From Candidatus Moanibacter sp. (GTDB taxonomy: Bacteria; Verrucomicrobiota; Verrucomicrobiia; Opitutales; UBA2987): a stretch of DNA of 64,000 bases. This document shows positions 52,926-62,666 of this stretch, in pieces (positions within the stretch are counted from its first letter, which is position 1; each line of letters opens with the position of its first letter). The DNA is taken from positions 64,001 through 128,000 of the forward strand of contig CBDCEW010000097.1 of NCBI GenBank assembly GCA_965215885.1. The letters are read 5' to 3'. Under the pieces are notes generated by a model, which searched no databases, was not told the DNA's origin, and saw only the letters and a program-made list of their open reading frames with translations. The position numbers were made by a program, and so were the translations under genes.

Positions 52926-54452
52926 TTTCCACTAACAGGCCTAGCGTGCGATACTCCACGGAATCTCTTGCCATCGTTGCGTTGCTGGCGGCGCACATCG
53001 CGTCTCCAATTAAGTTGGTTGGGGGAGAGTTTACGACTCCGGCCCTTGGCAAAATCAAAACCGTAAAGTCTGAAGAGTGGGAAGCGGCGCGCCTGGCGCA
53101 TCTCGATCCTTTGAAAGACGGTTGGGATACGGAGGAATTCAGCCGGGAGGCTGATAGACAATTGATCCGTCTCTCCGCGTTGCTCCGGCAAGGACTCCCG
53201 GGACAGAGCGAATTACCGGCCGAGATATTCGCGGATCGATAACGAGGCGGCCCTCTCATACCGCAGGACCTACAGAGCGTTTATGACGATGAGGCGTTTA
53301 GCGTTCGTCGCGGGATCTCGACCTTTACGTGGCAAACGATTTCGGCCGCAATAATCTCTACCGCAATGACCGCGGCCGCTTCTCCGATATTGCGGCAGCA
53401 GCGGGAGTCGAAGATATTTCCGCGGGAATGTCCGTAACCTGGGGGGATTACAACCGCGACGGTTGGATAGATCTCTATGTCAGCAACATGTTTTCCAAAG
53501 CTGGCAACCGGATCGCCTACCAAAGAAGGTTTCAGAGCGACCTAAGTGAAGAGTCGCGGGCTCTCTATCGCCACCACGCCCGAGGGAACTCACTCTTTGA
53601 AAATCTGGGAAACGGTAATTTTGCCGATGCAAGCGTCTCTTCCGGCACGACCATCGGGCGGTGGGCCTGGGCGTCTCTCTTCGCCGATATAAATTGCGAC
53701 GGCGTCCGCGGCGAGTGGCTTCGATTTCATCGACGACGGTCGCGCCCTCACTACGGTCGACTGGGACTTCGACGGTGATCTCGATTTCTGGCTCACCAAT
53801 CGAACCGCCCCCCGGCTCCGCTTTCTCCGCAATGACTATCCCACGAGTAACCATTTTCTGGTCGTCGGGCTGGAAGGTGTCAAAGTGAACCGGGACGCGA
53901 TTGGAGCGCGGGTGGAACTCTATACGAAAGGGGCGAGCGGTGCCGTCGAAAAGCAGATCCGGACACTTCGAGCCGGTGAAGGCTTCCTCGGGCAGTCGAG
54001 CAAATGGATTCACTTTGGTCTGGGCTCGGATTCAGAGATCGATCGACTGGTGGTGCGTTGGCCCGGCGCCTCTGCCGAGGAATTCAGCGGCCTATCACGC
54101 GTTGGGTCTCAAGCTTCAGGAATGGGGTCACCTCGATGAAGCACTGGCCGCTTACCGCAATGCCGTGGATGCGGACCCGAACCTTTCCAAGCCCCATTTC
54201 ATGCTCGGCCTCGCTTTGGTAGAACAATCCGGTGAAAGGAAACTCGAAGAGGCAATTGTGCACTTCCGGTCGGCCGTGCGCCTCGAACCCGATAATCTCT
54301 ACGCGCATTTCTACCTGGGTATGGCGCTTGAAAAATCGGGAAGGCAGGCCGAAGCTCTTCCTGCCTACCGGGAGGCCCTGCGCATTGATCCAAGGTTCCA
54401 AGCCGCGAGGCAACGTCTCTCGGCTCTTGAGAGAGTGGGGGCTGGAAATTAA
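52922..54452 (+). pseudogene. Degraded FG-GAP / ASPIC-UnbV (CRTAC1-like) plus TPR gene
   Basis: Fragments in different frames: ANDFGRNNLYRN, GDYNRDGWIDLYVSNM, NRDAIGARV..HFGLG..VRWP, then TPRs. Confidence 0.78.
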
Positions 54453-54844
54453 TAGAGACAGAGTGCAATTCGGTGGCAATCGCGTATTGTAGCTGTATAC
54501 CGTGCGTCACCCCGGCACAAGACCCATAATTACGAAATTGGGTTGGAGAACCCAAAGTAAATGTTATTCAGGCACTTGCAAGATTCTATTGATTACATAG
54601 TATGCCAGAATGGAGTTTCAACGATTGTTGTGTGTGGGTTCGTTAGAGGTAGAGAGCTTTTCCTGCAGGTTTGTTTTCAGTTAGAAACTTGTTGAGTATT
54701 AATCAGTTACAAAAGCGCTTTGAACGGGGAGTTGATTTCTGGTGGCAATTGAGTAGAAGCGAAGGGAGCTGGAGAAAGTTGGTATTGGCATTGTATGTAA
54801 AATAAAGTTTGCAGTTTTGCCTCCTTTCCATACTGTGCCGGTGC

Positions 54845-55561
54845 ATGCAAGAAGAGCTTTCGCGTAAAGAGAGGGAGGTGGTCGAAGCGGTACGGCGGGA
54901 TCGGGTAAGCACGGTGTGGAGGCTGATGAAGGAGCAGAGGGTGTCGCGGCGAACGGTCTATCGGGCTTTGCAAAAATATGGCCATTACTCCAGTTACAAT
55001 GCCAATTGTGGCTACCTGAGCTTGAAAGACATTCCGCGCTTTGACGGGGCCGGTTTGTGGCGTTTTCGCAAGGGGCGCTTTTCGCGCCACGGCACCTTGG
55101 AGGAGACCGTGGAGGCGGTGGTGGGAGCTTCGCTTTGCGGCTACACGGTGGCTGAGTTGGAGACCCTCCTTGGGGTACGGGTGCACAACCCCATAAGCGT
55201 GCTTTGTAGAAAGAAGCGGTTGAGTCGATACTATGAAGGGCGTCACTGCGTGTATGTCTCGGCCGGGGAACAGGGCGGGGCCGAACAGAAAAAGCGGCGG
55301 CAAGGGCGAAGAACAGCGGCACAAGTTCAGGCAGGGGACCCCGGGGGCGCTTTGCAGGCAGCTCCCGAAGGGCTCGAAACGATGGTCGTGATCGCTTTGC
55401 TGGTCGCCTGTATCGGCCATCCCGAGGCCGGGGTCAAGGAGCTTGTCGAGCTTATGCAAGAGCAGGGAGTAGAGCTGAGCGGGGAGCAAATTGAGCGGGT
55501 GATGGCGTTTTACTCGCTCAAAAAAAACCGGACCGATCGCGGTAGCGGAGCTGTTACATGA
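54845..55561 (+). CDS. ORF1 of the element, HTH-containing protein
   Basis: VSRRTVYRAL HTH-like, IPRFD..GLW..FSRHGTL; A8 run at 55520-55527 near its end. Confidence 0.7.
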   Translation: MQEELSRKEREVVEAVRRDRVSTVWRLMKEQRVSRRTVYRALQKYGHYSSYNANCGYLSLKDIPRFDGAGLWRFRKGRFSRHGTLEETVEAVVGASLCGYTVAELETLLGVRVHNPISVLCRKKRLSRYYEGRHCVYVSAGEQGGAEQKKRRQGRRTAAQVQAGDPGGALQAAPEGLETMVVIALLVACIGHPEAGVKELVELMQEQGVELSGEQIERVMAFYSLKKNRTDRGSGAVT

Positions 55562-55562
55562 T

Positions 55563-57380
55563 TTGCGGGCAGAGGCTGAACGGGCCCTGCAAACGGTGGG
55601 GGCTGTGCCTGCGCAAACGAGTTATCGCTTCGATGCCCGGGAGGACGAAGAGGGTCCTTCAGAGGTGCGCAAGACCCTGCGCCGCAAGGTGGTCAGTTTC
55701 TCCTATGGATGCTTCCAGGCGGTGGAAGTTGTGCGCGAGCAGGGGCAAGGGAGCCACCGCAACAGCTACCGTTCTGCTCGCCTGGAACAGATCGTGCCCT
55801 CGCATAGTCGCTACGCTTACGATCTGATTGCCTATGTGGGCAAGCGATGTTTGTGCGAAAGCGCCACCCTCAAAGAGGTGCACAGGGAACTGCGCGAGGG
55901 CCCGGGGCAGCTGCAGATTGCTCAAAGCAGCCTCTATGAGATGCAGCAGAAGTTTCTTTTTTATCTGGGTCGGCTGCACGCCGCGGCCGCTCCGGTGCTT
56001 AAAGATTACCTGAGCGCTCGCCCTTGCCTGCGCTGGCTGGTGGATGGGACCGTGGAACCGCAGACGCCGGTTTTCTTCGCTGTTCAGGAAGCCGACGAAG
56101 GGATCCTTTTGGGCAGCTGGAAAATGCCTTCCGAACAGAGCGAAACGATCAGTGGCTGTTTTGCCCGGGCGGCCCGGGCTTTTGGCCAACCCCACCATGT
56201 CTATCATGATTTAAGCGCTCAGATCAGCAAGGCCTGCGAGAGCGAAACCTTCCAGGCCCCCCATGGCGTCTGCCATTATCATTTCGCCCGCAATGTGGGC
56301 GAACAGCTTTATCGAAAACCCCAGCAGATGCTCAACGGGCGCTTGCGGCAATTGAAGCTCATGGAGCGCATGCGCGAGCAACGCAAACACATCACCGCAA
56401 AGCTCCGTGACGCCCTCCGTGAAAAACACGCCCTCGTCCTGGCCGATTTGCTCACCGCCAAAGCGCTCGCAGTGCCCTTCGATCCCACCCTTGCACGGGA
56501 ACTGCTCATGGCCCTGCAATTGTGGATTTTGGATTATCCCTGCGACGGTCACCGCCAGGGCTTTCCCTTCGATCCTTACCTGCTTTATTGGCATCGGCGG
56601 GTCGTGCGCGCCCATGCCGCCCTGGAGCAGTGGCTTGCCCGCGCTCCTGCCAGTTGCTCTGTTCTGCGAAGCTTCTTTCATCTTTCGACCGGGTTGAAGC
56701 AGTATCTGGCTGATGCCCTCGTCATCGAAGCCGCTACTATCTATGAAAACGCTTTTTGCATTTTCAGCGCTTTGCGCGATGCCCTTTGGCTCAGCGCCAG
56801 CGGCCCCTGCCCTTTAAGCGACCCTTATCTGTTGCAAGCAGGACAAGCCGCTGAGCTCACCGAGGCTCTCCAGTTGCTGCGTGCCCAATATCGCCAAAAA
56901 GGCGCCTCCCTGACCAACCCCTCGAAAGCCAAACTCTACCGCACCGTGGTCACTCATCTGGACAAATACTGGCAGCGGCTGCTTCCCCCACCGGCCCATC
57001 CAGACAGCGTACGCACGACCAATGAGCTGGAAGGCACCTGGCGCACCTCCAAGCGCAAACGCCGTCAAACCCACGGGCGCAAAAATCTGACGCGCGACTT
57101 TGAAGCGCTCCCCGAAGAATACATGCTCCTGGCCAACTTACACAATCCCCGCTATGTGGAGCTGGTTTTAGGCAGTATCGATAATCTGCCCCAAAAGCTT
57201 GCCCAGGCTGCACAGAAAGCACCCCCCTTCAGTCACTGGCGGGCGAACAGAAAAACCCTCGCCGTGGGTCGATTGCCCAAAAAGCTCCTGCGAAAAGAAA
57301 ACTTCCTTGAGGAACTCTTCGAAGTCTGTAATCGCCAGGATCAATCCTTAAACCCGCAACCCCATCGGATTGCCTCCTGA
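55563..57380 (+). CDS. ORF2 of the element, putative DDE transposase
   Basis: WLVDGT, YHDLS, CHYH (CxxH) and RTTNELEG match the Mutator/IS256 D-D-CxxH-E layout. Confidence 0.72.
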   Translation: MRAEAERALQTVGAVPAQTSYRFDAREDEEGPSEVRKTLRRKVVSFSYGCFQAVEVVREQGQGSHRNSYRSARLEQIVPSHSRYAYDLIAYVGKRCLCESATLKEVHRELREGPGQLQIAQSSLYEMQQKFLFYLGRLHAAAAPVLKDYLSARPCLRWLVDGTVEPQTPVFFAVQEADEGILLGSWKMPSEQSETISGCFARAARAFGQPHHVYHDLSAQISKACESETFQAPHGVCHYHFARNVGEQLYRKPQQMLNGRLRQLKLMERMREQRKHITAKLRDALREKHALVLADLLTAKALAVPFDPTLARELLMALQLWILDYPCDGHRQGFPFDPYLLYWHRRVVRAHAALEQWLARAPASCSVLRSFFHLSTGLKQYLADALVIEAATIYENAFCIFSALRDALWLSASGPCPLSDPYLLQAGQAAELTEALQLLRAQYRQKGASLTNPSKAKLYRTVVTHLDKYWQRLLPPPAHPDSVRTTNELEGTWRTSKRKRRQTHGRKNLTRDFEALPEEYMLLANLHNPRYVELVLGSIDNLPQKLAQAAQKAPPFSHWRANRKTLAVGRLPKKLLRKENFLEELFEVCNRQDQSLNPQPHRIAS

Positions 57381-57478
57381 CAACGACTCCAGTGCCCTCC
57401 CTCTGCTCCCCATTTTCTTCATGCTCTAACCAGAGAACTCCACGCAATTTGCGTGCCAACCGAAATTCAGAACGATGG

Positions 57479-57650
57479 GTCTTGTGCCGGGGTGGTGCGC
57501 GATCTAAAGATACAATAAGCCAATGGCACCTTACGCCCCCCGCGCCTTCTCGCCCCAGCGCGGCCGCGCTGGGGCGAGCGTCGGGGAGGCATCCGGTGTG
57601 TAGCAAGAAACGCGCGCCACCCCGGCACAAGACCGGGGCAGCCAGCAATG
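57479..57650. repeat. REP doublet around a GC-rich palindrome (BIME/REPIN-like)
   Basis: gtcttgtgccggggtg ... ctcgccccagcgcggccgcgctggggcgag ... caccccggcacaagaccgggg. Confidence 0.7.
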
Positions 57651-57739
57651 GAAGGGAAAGAGGCTAAACAGGTACTACGGCAGACCGGTTCTCATCTTCT
57701 CTTTTCGTTGCGGCTTTGGTGCGCTGGGAGATCTTCGGG

Positions 57740-58103
57740 TCAAAAGTCGAGTGACTGTAGAAATGCGAGGAATGACTCGTTTGCGAAGCCCGTTAACGTT
57801 CTCTCTCCAACCTGCAGATTCATCCACGCTTCCTTCTTCGGATCAAGGACGGCAATCCGGGAAGTAGCGGTGTCGATTCGGATTACCTGATCTCCACTGC
57901 TGAAGATGCGAAATCGTCCGCCGCTCGCGCCGAGGATTTCGTCAATTTTGTTTTGAATATCATACGACTGCGAGTGTGGTAATTGGGTCGGGACAGCAGG
58001 ATTCTCTGGACGTTTTCTAAGAGGGGATTCAAGAATCCCCGAAGAAGAAGCCGATAACCATAACGGTTAGGAAAGCGAACAATAAGTTTTCAAGTATTTT
58101 CAT
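57740..58103 (-). CDS. About 120-aa membrane-anchored hypothetical protein, one frameshift, absent from the ORF track
   Basis: MKILENLLFAFLTVMVIGFFFG continues to ...FLQSLDF-stop if one C is removed from the C4 run at 58037-58040. Confidence 0.55.
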
Positions 58104-58230
58104 AGGGCCGGAATGATCGACCGATTCTGAGGGTTGTCAATCACGGTCATCAGACAGGAGGAATGGTAAACAGCAGTCGACGATCATACTGATTTCGCTG
58201 AAGACCACCACGTTCTTGTCCCGCTCGACG

Positions 58231-59836
58231 CATACGCGTAAACCTTATTTTCGCAACTTAGTCAGATTCAAAGACTTGCGAGGTATTTTGCGGCGGAGTA
58301 TGAGGGTGTCTCTATCCTCGAGGTTCCACTCCATTTGTTCGCCCTTTTCTATTTGCTTCGTTTCGACCACAGCGGTGAGGAAATTCGCAGTTGAGCGAGT
58401 GCATTTGGGCCGGGTTATCTTCTCTACTTTTACCGTCTACCCCATTTTTTTTCACTTTGGCAGCATTTTATGCTGTACATTCGTTCATATATAGAATTTA
58501 TCCTTCGGATGCAAAGTATAAAAAAAGCTGATTGTATCCGTCAAACCTTCCGTAAGTTGAACCTCACAGCCCTCGCTAAACAGAGTGGTTTTAGAGAGAG
58601 GAAATCGCGCAAGATCTCCCCTCTGAACTTTGTTTTGGCTTTGCTGGCGATGGCTTCTAAGGAGGCCTTGTCCCTTGGCAAAGAAGCCGAGCTTATTGGA
58701 TTCTTAGCCAACCGCACCATTTCCAGACAAGCGGTCCAAAAGTGCGCCAAAAAAGCCACCGCTTTTATGACCTTAGTGCTCCTGAGGCTTTTAGAACTTA
58801 AAGCTTATGGGCCTGTGGGCAGAGCTGTTCCAAATTGCATGAGGAGCTTTGAACGGGTTCTCATTGCCGACAGCACTTCGATTGGCTTGCCTAAGGTCCT
58901 GGCCCCCTTCTTCCCCGGAGCGTCCAATCAGACAGGCTCCAAACAGGCTCAACTGAAGATTCAGGCCTATTACGATCTGCGCAATGGATCCTTCGTTGAC
59001 TTCAGCCTCAGTAGCTTCCGAAAAAACGATCAGGCTGCTTCCAAAGACATTCTCGCTCTCGCTCAACCCAACGACTTGATCCTGCGCGACTTAGGCTATT
59101 TTGTCCTCGATGTCTTTAAGCAACTCGATCAGCGCGGCTGCTTCTTTGTGAGTCGTTTGAAAACCGGCACTTGCCTTTTAGCCAACGAAGGCGATGAAGA
59201 GCTCGATCTACGCAAACTTTTACGTGGCCAAAAGCTTCTCGATATGCCCGTTCGGGTGGGTAAAAAAGCCAAGCTTCCGGTTCGTCTGATCGCCGTCAAA
59301 CTCCCTCAGAAGGTGGCCCATAAACGCCGCCGCGAGCATAGACAAAACCGCGACAATAGACTTCGATATACCAGCCGCACCAGCTTCCTTCTCGGTTTCC
59401 AAATCTTTATTACAAACCTCCATCAGAAAGACTTTAGCCCTAAGCAGATTCTGAGCTTTTACGGGCTTCGCTGGCGCATCGAAATTTTCTTTAAGGCCTT
59501 TAAGCAACATCTTAATCTCGGTCAGGTCAAAGAGACTACTCCCTACCAGGTTGAGCTTCTTATCTACGCCCGTCTCATCCTCATTACCCACTTACTCAAC
59601 TTCGTCTATGGTCCCCTTAGACACTATTCGAATACCAGTTTGTCCTCTCCTCTGAGTATCCTTAAATTCTCCTACTGGTTTGGCTTCTTTGCTCCCTACT
59701 TCTTCATCCTCTCTCACATTCCCAAAGATCAGATCATCCCCCGATGGCTCAAACAAATCCCCAAACACTGCACCTATGAAAAGCGTTCTCGACTTGATTT
59801 CCTCTCTTGTTTCTTCTCCTTAGGTTAACGCAAATG
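58231..59836 (+). mobile_element. Intact IS4-family element
   Basis: IRs catacgcgtaaacct / aggttaacgcaaatg; 9-bp TSD CGCTCGACG. Confidence 0.9.
58509..59828 (+). CDS. IS4 family transposase
   Basis: IADST, RDLGY, YGLRWRIEIFFKAFKQ. Confidence 0.92.
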   Translation: MQSIKKADCIRQTFRKLNLTALAKQSGFRERKSRKISPLNFVLALLAMASKEALSLGKEAELIGFLANRTISRQAVQKCAKKATAFMTLVLLRLLELKAYGPVGRAVPNCMRSFERVLIADSTSIGLPKVLAPFFPGASNQTGSKQAQLKIQAYYDLRNGSFVDFSLSSFRKNDQAASKDILALAQPNDLILRDLGYFVLDVFKQLDQRGCFFVSRLKTGTCLLANEGDEELDLRKLLRGQKLLDMPVRVGKKAKLPVRLIAVKLPQKVAHKRRREHRQNRDNRLRYTSRTSFLLGFQIFITNLHQKDFSPKQILSFYGLRWRIEIFFKAFKQHLNLGQVKETTPYQVELLIYARLILITHLLNFVYGPLRHYSNTSLSSPLSILKFSYWFGFFAPYFFILSHIPKDQIIPRWLKQIPKHCTYEKRSRLDFLSCFFSLG

Positions 59837-60111
59837 CGCTCGACGGGACGGCTACGGTGCTCCGTAAGTCGTTGATAAATGGAGCCGCCCTGCCGTACGC
59901 CAGGGTGGTCGCGCATTGCGCGACGGAGACTTTTTCACAGGATTCATTAGCTTGCTACGGGGTCGCTGACTTTTTCAGGCATCATCGTGCGCGGAGCGCC
60001 CGATCCACCCGTAGCAAGGATGTTAGTGGTGGAACGGCCCCTCCGGGGACGTTTGTTTCAACTTCGAAAATAGCATAGGCAATTAAGTTCCAAATGGTGA
60101 AAGAGTTAGAT

Positions 60112-60152
60112 ACCCCGTCCCCTGCATGCCGGGACGGGGAGTTTTCATTTTT
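60112..60152. terminator. GC-rich hairpin, probable intrinsic terminator or RNA 3' stem
   Basis: ccccgtccc-ctgcatgcc-gggacgggg followed by gttttcattttt on the + strand. Confidence 0.55.
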
Positions 60153-60154
60153 GA

Positions 60155-60270
60155 GGTATGATCGTTGAGAGTTTATGGCTTGTGTCTTGAGTCTTAACGA
60201 TCAGGTCGGCGTCGCGTGTTACCTTTATGAGGCTAGATCCAGTTTTCCTCACCTGATTATCCTTCCTAAT
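60155..60270 (-). ncRNA. Candidate structured RNA downstream of the DIP1984-like gene
   Basis: Several complementary stems and a heptamer-periodic loop (see findings); no family assigned. Confidence 0.35.
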
Positions 60271-60291
60271 TGGGTCAGAGCTAAAAAAATA

Positions 60292-60780
60292 TCACTGGGG
60301 CCAGGTAAGCGTAGTTTGGGAGTTGAATTCATCGATGGTGTCTTGCAGCATGTGTATCTCATGCTGGAACTCGCCTATCCACCGATCGACTTCGTCGCGC
60401 TTGATGTCTGCCACGTATTTGACTTCGCGAGGGTCCCGGCGTGAAAAGAAGCCTCCGCTATCCGCGGCGTTCCCTTCCTTCGTATCGAGCGATTTAAGAA
60501 ACTCGATGAGTCCGCGTAGTTCGGCCTGGAGGTTCAGCATCGCGTAGATCCCGCCGCTCAATTCGGGGGTGCCGGTATTTGCTGTAGCGATGAGAGCTTT
60601 GAGCGTGGCCAGATCTCGACACTTTCCGACCAAATCGGTAAAGGCGGTCCTTGAATTCGCGCGTGCCTCCTCGGTTTCAGGGAGAGAGTTTTCGCGATTT
60701 ATAATATCGCGCATTCGCGAAATCTCACCGGCCATACGGTTCTTCAGTTTCAGAGCTTGGGCGAGGGAGATCGTTTTCAT
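60292..60780 (-). CDS. DIP1984-like coiled-coil protein
   Basis: LAQALKLKNR..NS..I..AN and LQDTIDEFN.QT resemble the family termini. Confidence 0.65.
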   Translation of the reverse strand: MKTISLAQALKLKNRMAGEISRMRDIINRENSLPETEEARANSRTAFTDLVGKCRDLATLKALIATANTGTPELSGGIYAMLNLQAELRGLIEFLKSLDTKEGNAADSGGFFSRRDPREVKYVADIKRDEVDRWIGEFQHEIHMLQDTIDEFNSQTTLTWPQ

Positions 60781-60965
60781 CGTAGACAAGCGGGTTGAAT
60801 GGATTAAGACTCTGAACCGTTCGCTGATCTTATTTGTTCTGTGCCTTGGATCGCTAACAGGCTAATCTTGAGACACGATTCGGAAACAGGGAAACCGGAA
60901 CAGGATAACATTCTAATAAAGTATCGGTACCGATGCCGGTAGGTCAACCCTTAATTTGAGAATAT

Positions 60966-61460
60966 ATGGGTCGACCGGGAAAGAGCGGGTCAGGGGAGGG
61001 ACGTACCGAAAGTCTTAAAAAGGCCGACAAGAAATACTGGAGCAAGCGCAAACGCGCCGGTTATCGGCAAACAAAGTTGATTGTACATGAGAATGTCATA
61101 AAGGCCTACGAAGGTGTGGTAGCGGAAGATCCCGGACCCTATTCACGAAATCGGGAGATGGTGGCCGCCTTGGAACGGTCTGCCGAGCGAATCGATCCCA
61201 ATCTTCGCAAGGAGATTATTCGTGCGCTCAAGGGACAATGCGAACTCTGCGAAAGTGCCGCCCCATTCAAGGGAAGTGATGGATTGCCTTATCTTGAGAT
61301 GCACCCTCTGACGGCACTTTCGGAAGGGGGCGAACTGAGCTACGAGAATCTGGTGGGGCTATGCCCAAACTGCCATGCGCGGCTACATGACCTGCGAGAA
61401 GATGAAGATATCGCGCGTCTCGCGAAAAAGCTGAGTGCGCGAATTAAAAGACGAAACTGA
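60966..61460 (+). CDS. HNH endonuclease (McrA-like C-terminal domain)
   Basis: CELC..PF..DGLPYLEMH..LSEGG..NLVGLCPNCHARLH. Confidence 0.8.
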   Translation: MGRPGKSGSGEGRTESLKKADKKYWSKRKRAGYRQTKLIVHENVIKAYEGVVAEDPGPYSRNREMVAALERSAERIDPNLRKEIIRALKGQCELCESAAPFKGSDGLPYLEMHPLTALSEGGELSYENLVGLCPNCHARLHDLREDEDIARLAKKLSARIKRRN

Positions 61461-61569
61461 AGCACCAGCCTGGTAATTACACACAAATTCCAGGCTGACC
61501 TGAACCTTCACTGTCCATGCGGGTTTCCGGGCGATACTTTCAGGCGTTTCAATAGCGAAAACGGCAAAT

Positions 61570-61710
61570 ATCGTCCTCGTCCTCGTCCTCGTTCTCCTCC
61601 TCGTCCTCGGAGCGCAGCGATCTTTATGGAACGATCTATCCGAGAAATCACTCCTTCCACTCTCCGATTCACTTTGAGCGAGGAATCGAGGACGAGAACG
61701 AGGACGAGGT
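61570..61710. repeat. Inverted hexamer arrays (TCGTCC)n / (GAGGAC)n between convergent genes
   Basis: tcgtcctcgtcctcgtcctcgttctc ... gaggacgagaacgaggacgag. Confidence 0.7.
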
Positions 61711-61820
61711 CTCGGGTGGCGGGAGACATGGCCACCGGTTTCACTCTGCCGTACGGCAGAGTTTGATCCGACCAGCCCACACGCCGGGGATCGCACTGAC
61801 TTTCCAAATGCGATGGATCC

Positions 61821-62666
61821 TTAGAAAAATCCGTCTAGAGAGGTTCGGTACTCGTCGAGCAGTGGAAGCACCGTTTCGCGATCAGCTGGTGGGAGGCGGA
61901 GAATGACTCGGTCGATTCCAGCCTCAGCATAGGATTCCAAAGTGGGGATCTCCGGCTCCGGTCCATAGACAGAAACCGATATAGTTTCCAGGTCGCGACC
62001 TGCCCGTGCTGCCCGGTCCTTAAGGTCCGCGTAGTCCTGAACAATGTTTTCGGAAAGGAAGGCGAGAGGAATCCAGCCTTCACAGAAGTCGACCACGCGC
62101 TGCCGAGTAAAATGGCTGTTACCCCCCAGAATAATGGGCGGGTGAGGATCTTGCACCGGCTTGGGCCAGGACCAGATTGGGCCGAAGTCGACAAATTCTC
62201 CATGATATTCGGCCTCCTCACGTGTCCAAATCTCCTTCATAGCCAGAACCTGCTCGCGCAGCTTCCTGAATCGCGTCTCGTAGATAGTTCCGTGGTGGCT
62301 CATCTCCGCGGAATTCCATCCGCCTCCAATTCCAAAAAAGAGTCGGCCATCTGAGATGTGGTCGAGACTTGCTGCTTCTTTGGCTGTTGTAATCGTATCG
62401 CGTTCGATAATAAGACAGATGCCTGTTCCCAATTTTAGCTTTCCTGTTACCGCTGCCGCGGCCGTTAGGGTTACAAGGGGGTCGAGAATGTGGGAATACT
62501 CCTTTGGTAATGCCTGCCCACTCGGTAGAGTAGGTGGGCGGCTCACTGGAATATGGGTATGCTCCGGCACCCAGAGTGACTCAAAACCGCGCTCCTCAAG
62601 CGCCTGGGCCAGCTCGCAGATCCCAATAGAGTAATCTGTCACGAATATGCAGGTTCCAATTTTCAT
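61821..62666 (-). CDS. LLM class (F420-dependent) oxidoreductase
   Basis: GFESLWVPEHTHIP, DP.VTL, KEAASLD..S.GR..GIGGGW, PKPVQ.PHPPI. Confidence 0.88.
   Translation of the reverse strand: MKIGTCIFVTDYSIGICELAQALEERGFESLWVPEHTHIPVSRPPTLPSGQALPKEYSHILDPLVTLTAAAAVTGKLKLGTGICLIIERDTITTAKEAASLDHISDGRLFFGIGGGWNSAEMSHHGTIYETRFRKLREQVLAMKEIWTREEAEYHGEFVDFGPIWSWPKPVQDPHPPIILGGNSHFTRQRVVDFCEGWIPLAFLSENIVQDYADLKDRAARAGRDLETISVSVYGPEPEIPTLESYAEAGIDRVILRLPPADRETVLPLLDEYRTSLDGFF

Larger units (their letters stand above)
54524..57478 (+). mobile_element. Two-ORF Mutator/IS256-like element (2955 bp)
   Basis: Imperfect IRs ccataattacgaaattgggttgg / ccaaccgaaattcagaacgatgg; right end confirmed by the copy ending at 28912. 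Confidence 0.8.
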
